Both the position numbers and the translations under genes were made by a program. From an uncultured bacterium (GTDB taxonomy: Bacteria > Verrucomicrobiota > Lentisphaeria > Victivallales > UBA1829): a stretch of DNA of 64,000 bases. Under the pieces are notes generated by a model, which saw only the letters and a program-made list of their open reading frames with translations, was not told where the DNA came from and ran no database searches. Positions within the stretch are counted from its first letter, which is position 1, and the number at the start of each line of letters is the position of its first letter. Shown piece by piece: positions 63,854 to 64,000 of this stretch. The stretch spans positions 65,560-129,559 of the forward strand of contig CACZEK010000003.1 of the NCBI GenBank assembly GCA_902780135.1, in the 5' to 3' direction.

Positions 63854-64000
63854 TCAGTCGTCGTAGGCGACCGCGTCGTCATACAGCTTCATGACCGCCT
63901 CGGACGGCGTCCCGGCGAGCTTCGCGGCGGCGAACGCGGCGACGGCTCCGGCTGCGAATCCCGGCAGGATCTCGTACACGCCGGTCTGCTTCAGGAAGAC
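63854..64000 (-). CDS. putP: Sodium/proline symporter-like, C-terminal part (runs off window end)
   Basis: Manual translation VFLKQTGVYEILPGFAAGAVAAFAAAKLAGTPSEAVMKLYDDAVAYDD*; YEILPGF is typical of the PutP last TM. Confidence 0.6.
   Translation of the reverse strand, partial: VFLKQTGVYEILPGFAAGAVAAFAAAKLAGTPSEAVMKLYDDAVAYDD

Noticed and set aside
1-64000. rRNA, tRNA, known riboswitches, IS elements
   Set aside because: No cloverleaf or T-loop patterns, rRNA signatures, recognisable riboswitch cores or transposase motifs were seen by eye. An Rfam/tRNAscan run would be needed to exclude them formally.

Overview
High-GC bacterial chromosome window, most consistent with the PVC superphylum, probably Lentisphaerota/Victivallales. 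This is an inference from RNase HIII, a Hanks kinase, a pilin-like plus Amuc_1099-like pair and aromatic-repeat lipoproteins. It is mostly housekeeping: uvrB, sppA, ftsW-murG, rnhC, fba, a TRAP transporter, xseB-mutS, coaB, nadK, a DEAD-box helicase, tkt, mreC-mreD-mrdA, GH97, mlaEFD, lemA-TPM and partial putP. I found no rRNA, tRNA, CRISPR array or transposase. Main unusual items: (1) a compact, terminator-bounded three-gene operon of Mu-like virion-assembly homologues (gp27/TerS-like, DUF935 portal, possible tail-terminator-like) with no large terminase, capsid or transposase; (2) a GspG-pseudopilin domain fused to a catalytically dead glutathione-peroxidase domain, next to an Amuc_1099-like gene; (3) a signal-bearing ORF ending in the SecM arrest motif RAGP, followed by a hairpin and an unannotated 36-aa membrane ORF; (4) a modular palindromic repeat family at four loci with compensatory stem changes; (5) several apparent pseudo-enzymes (an Fe-S PD-(D/E)XK protein beside uvrB, an OleB/dehalogenase-like hydrolase, a MetF-MetV fusion). 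All family calls come from motif recognition by eye; no database searches were run.
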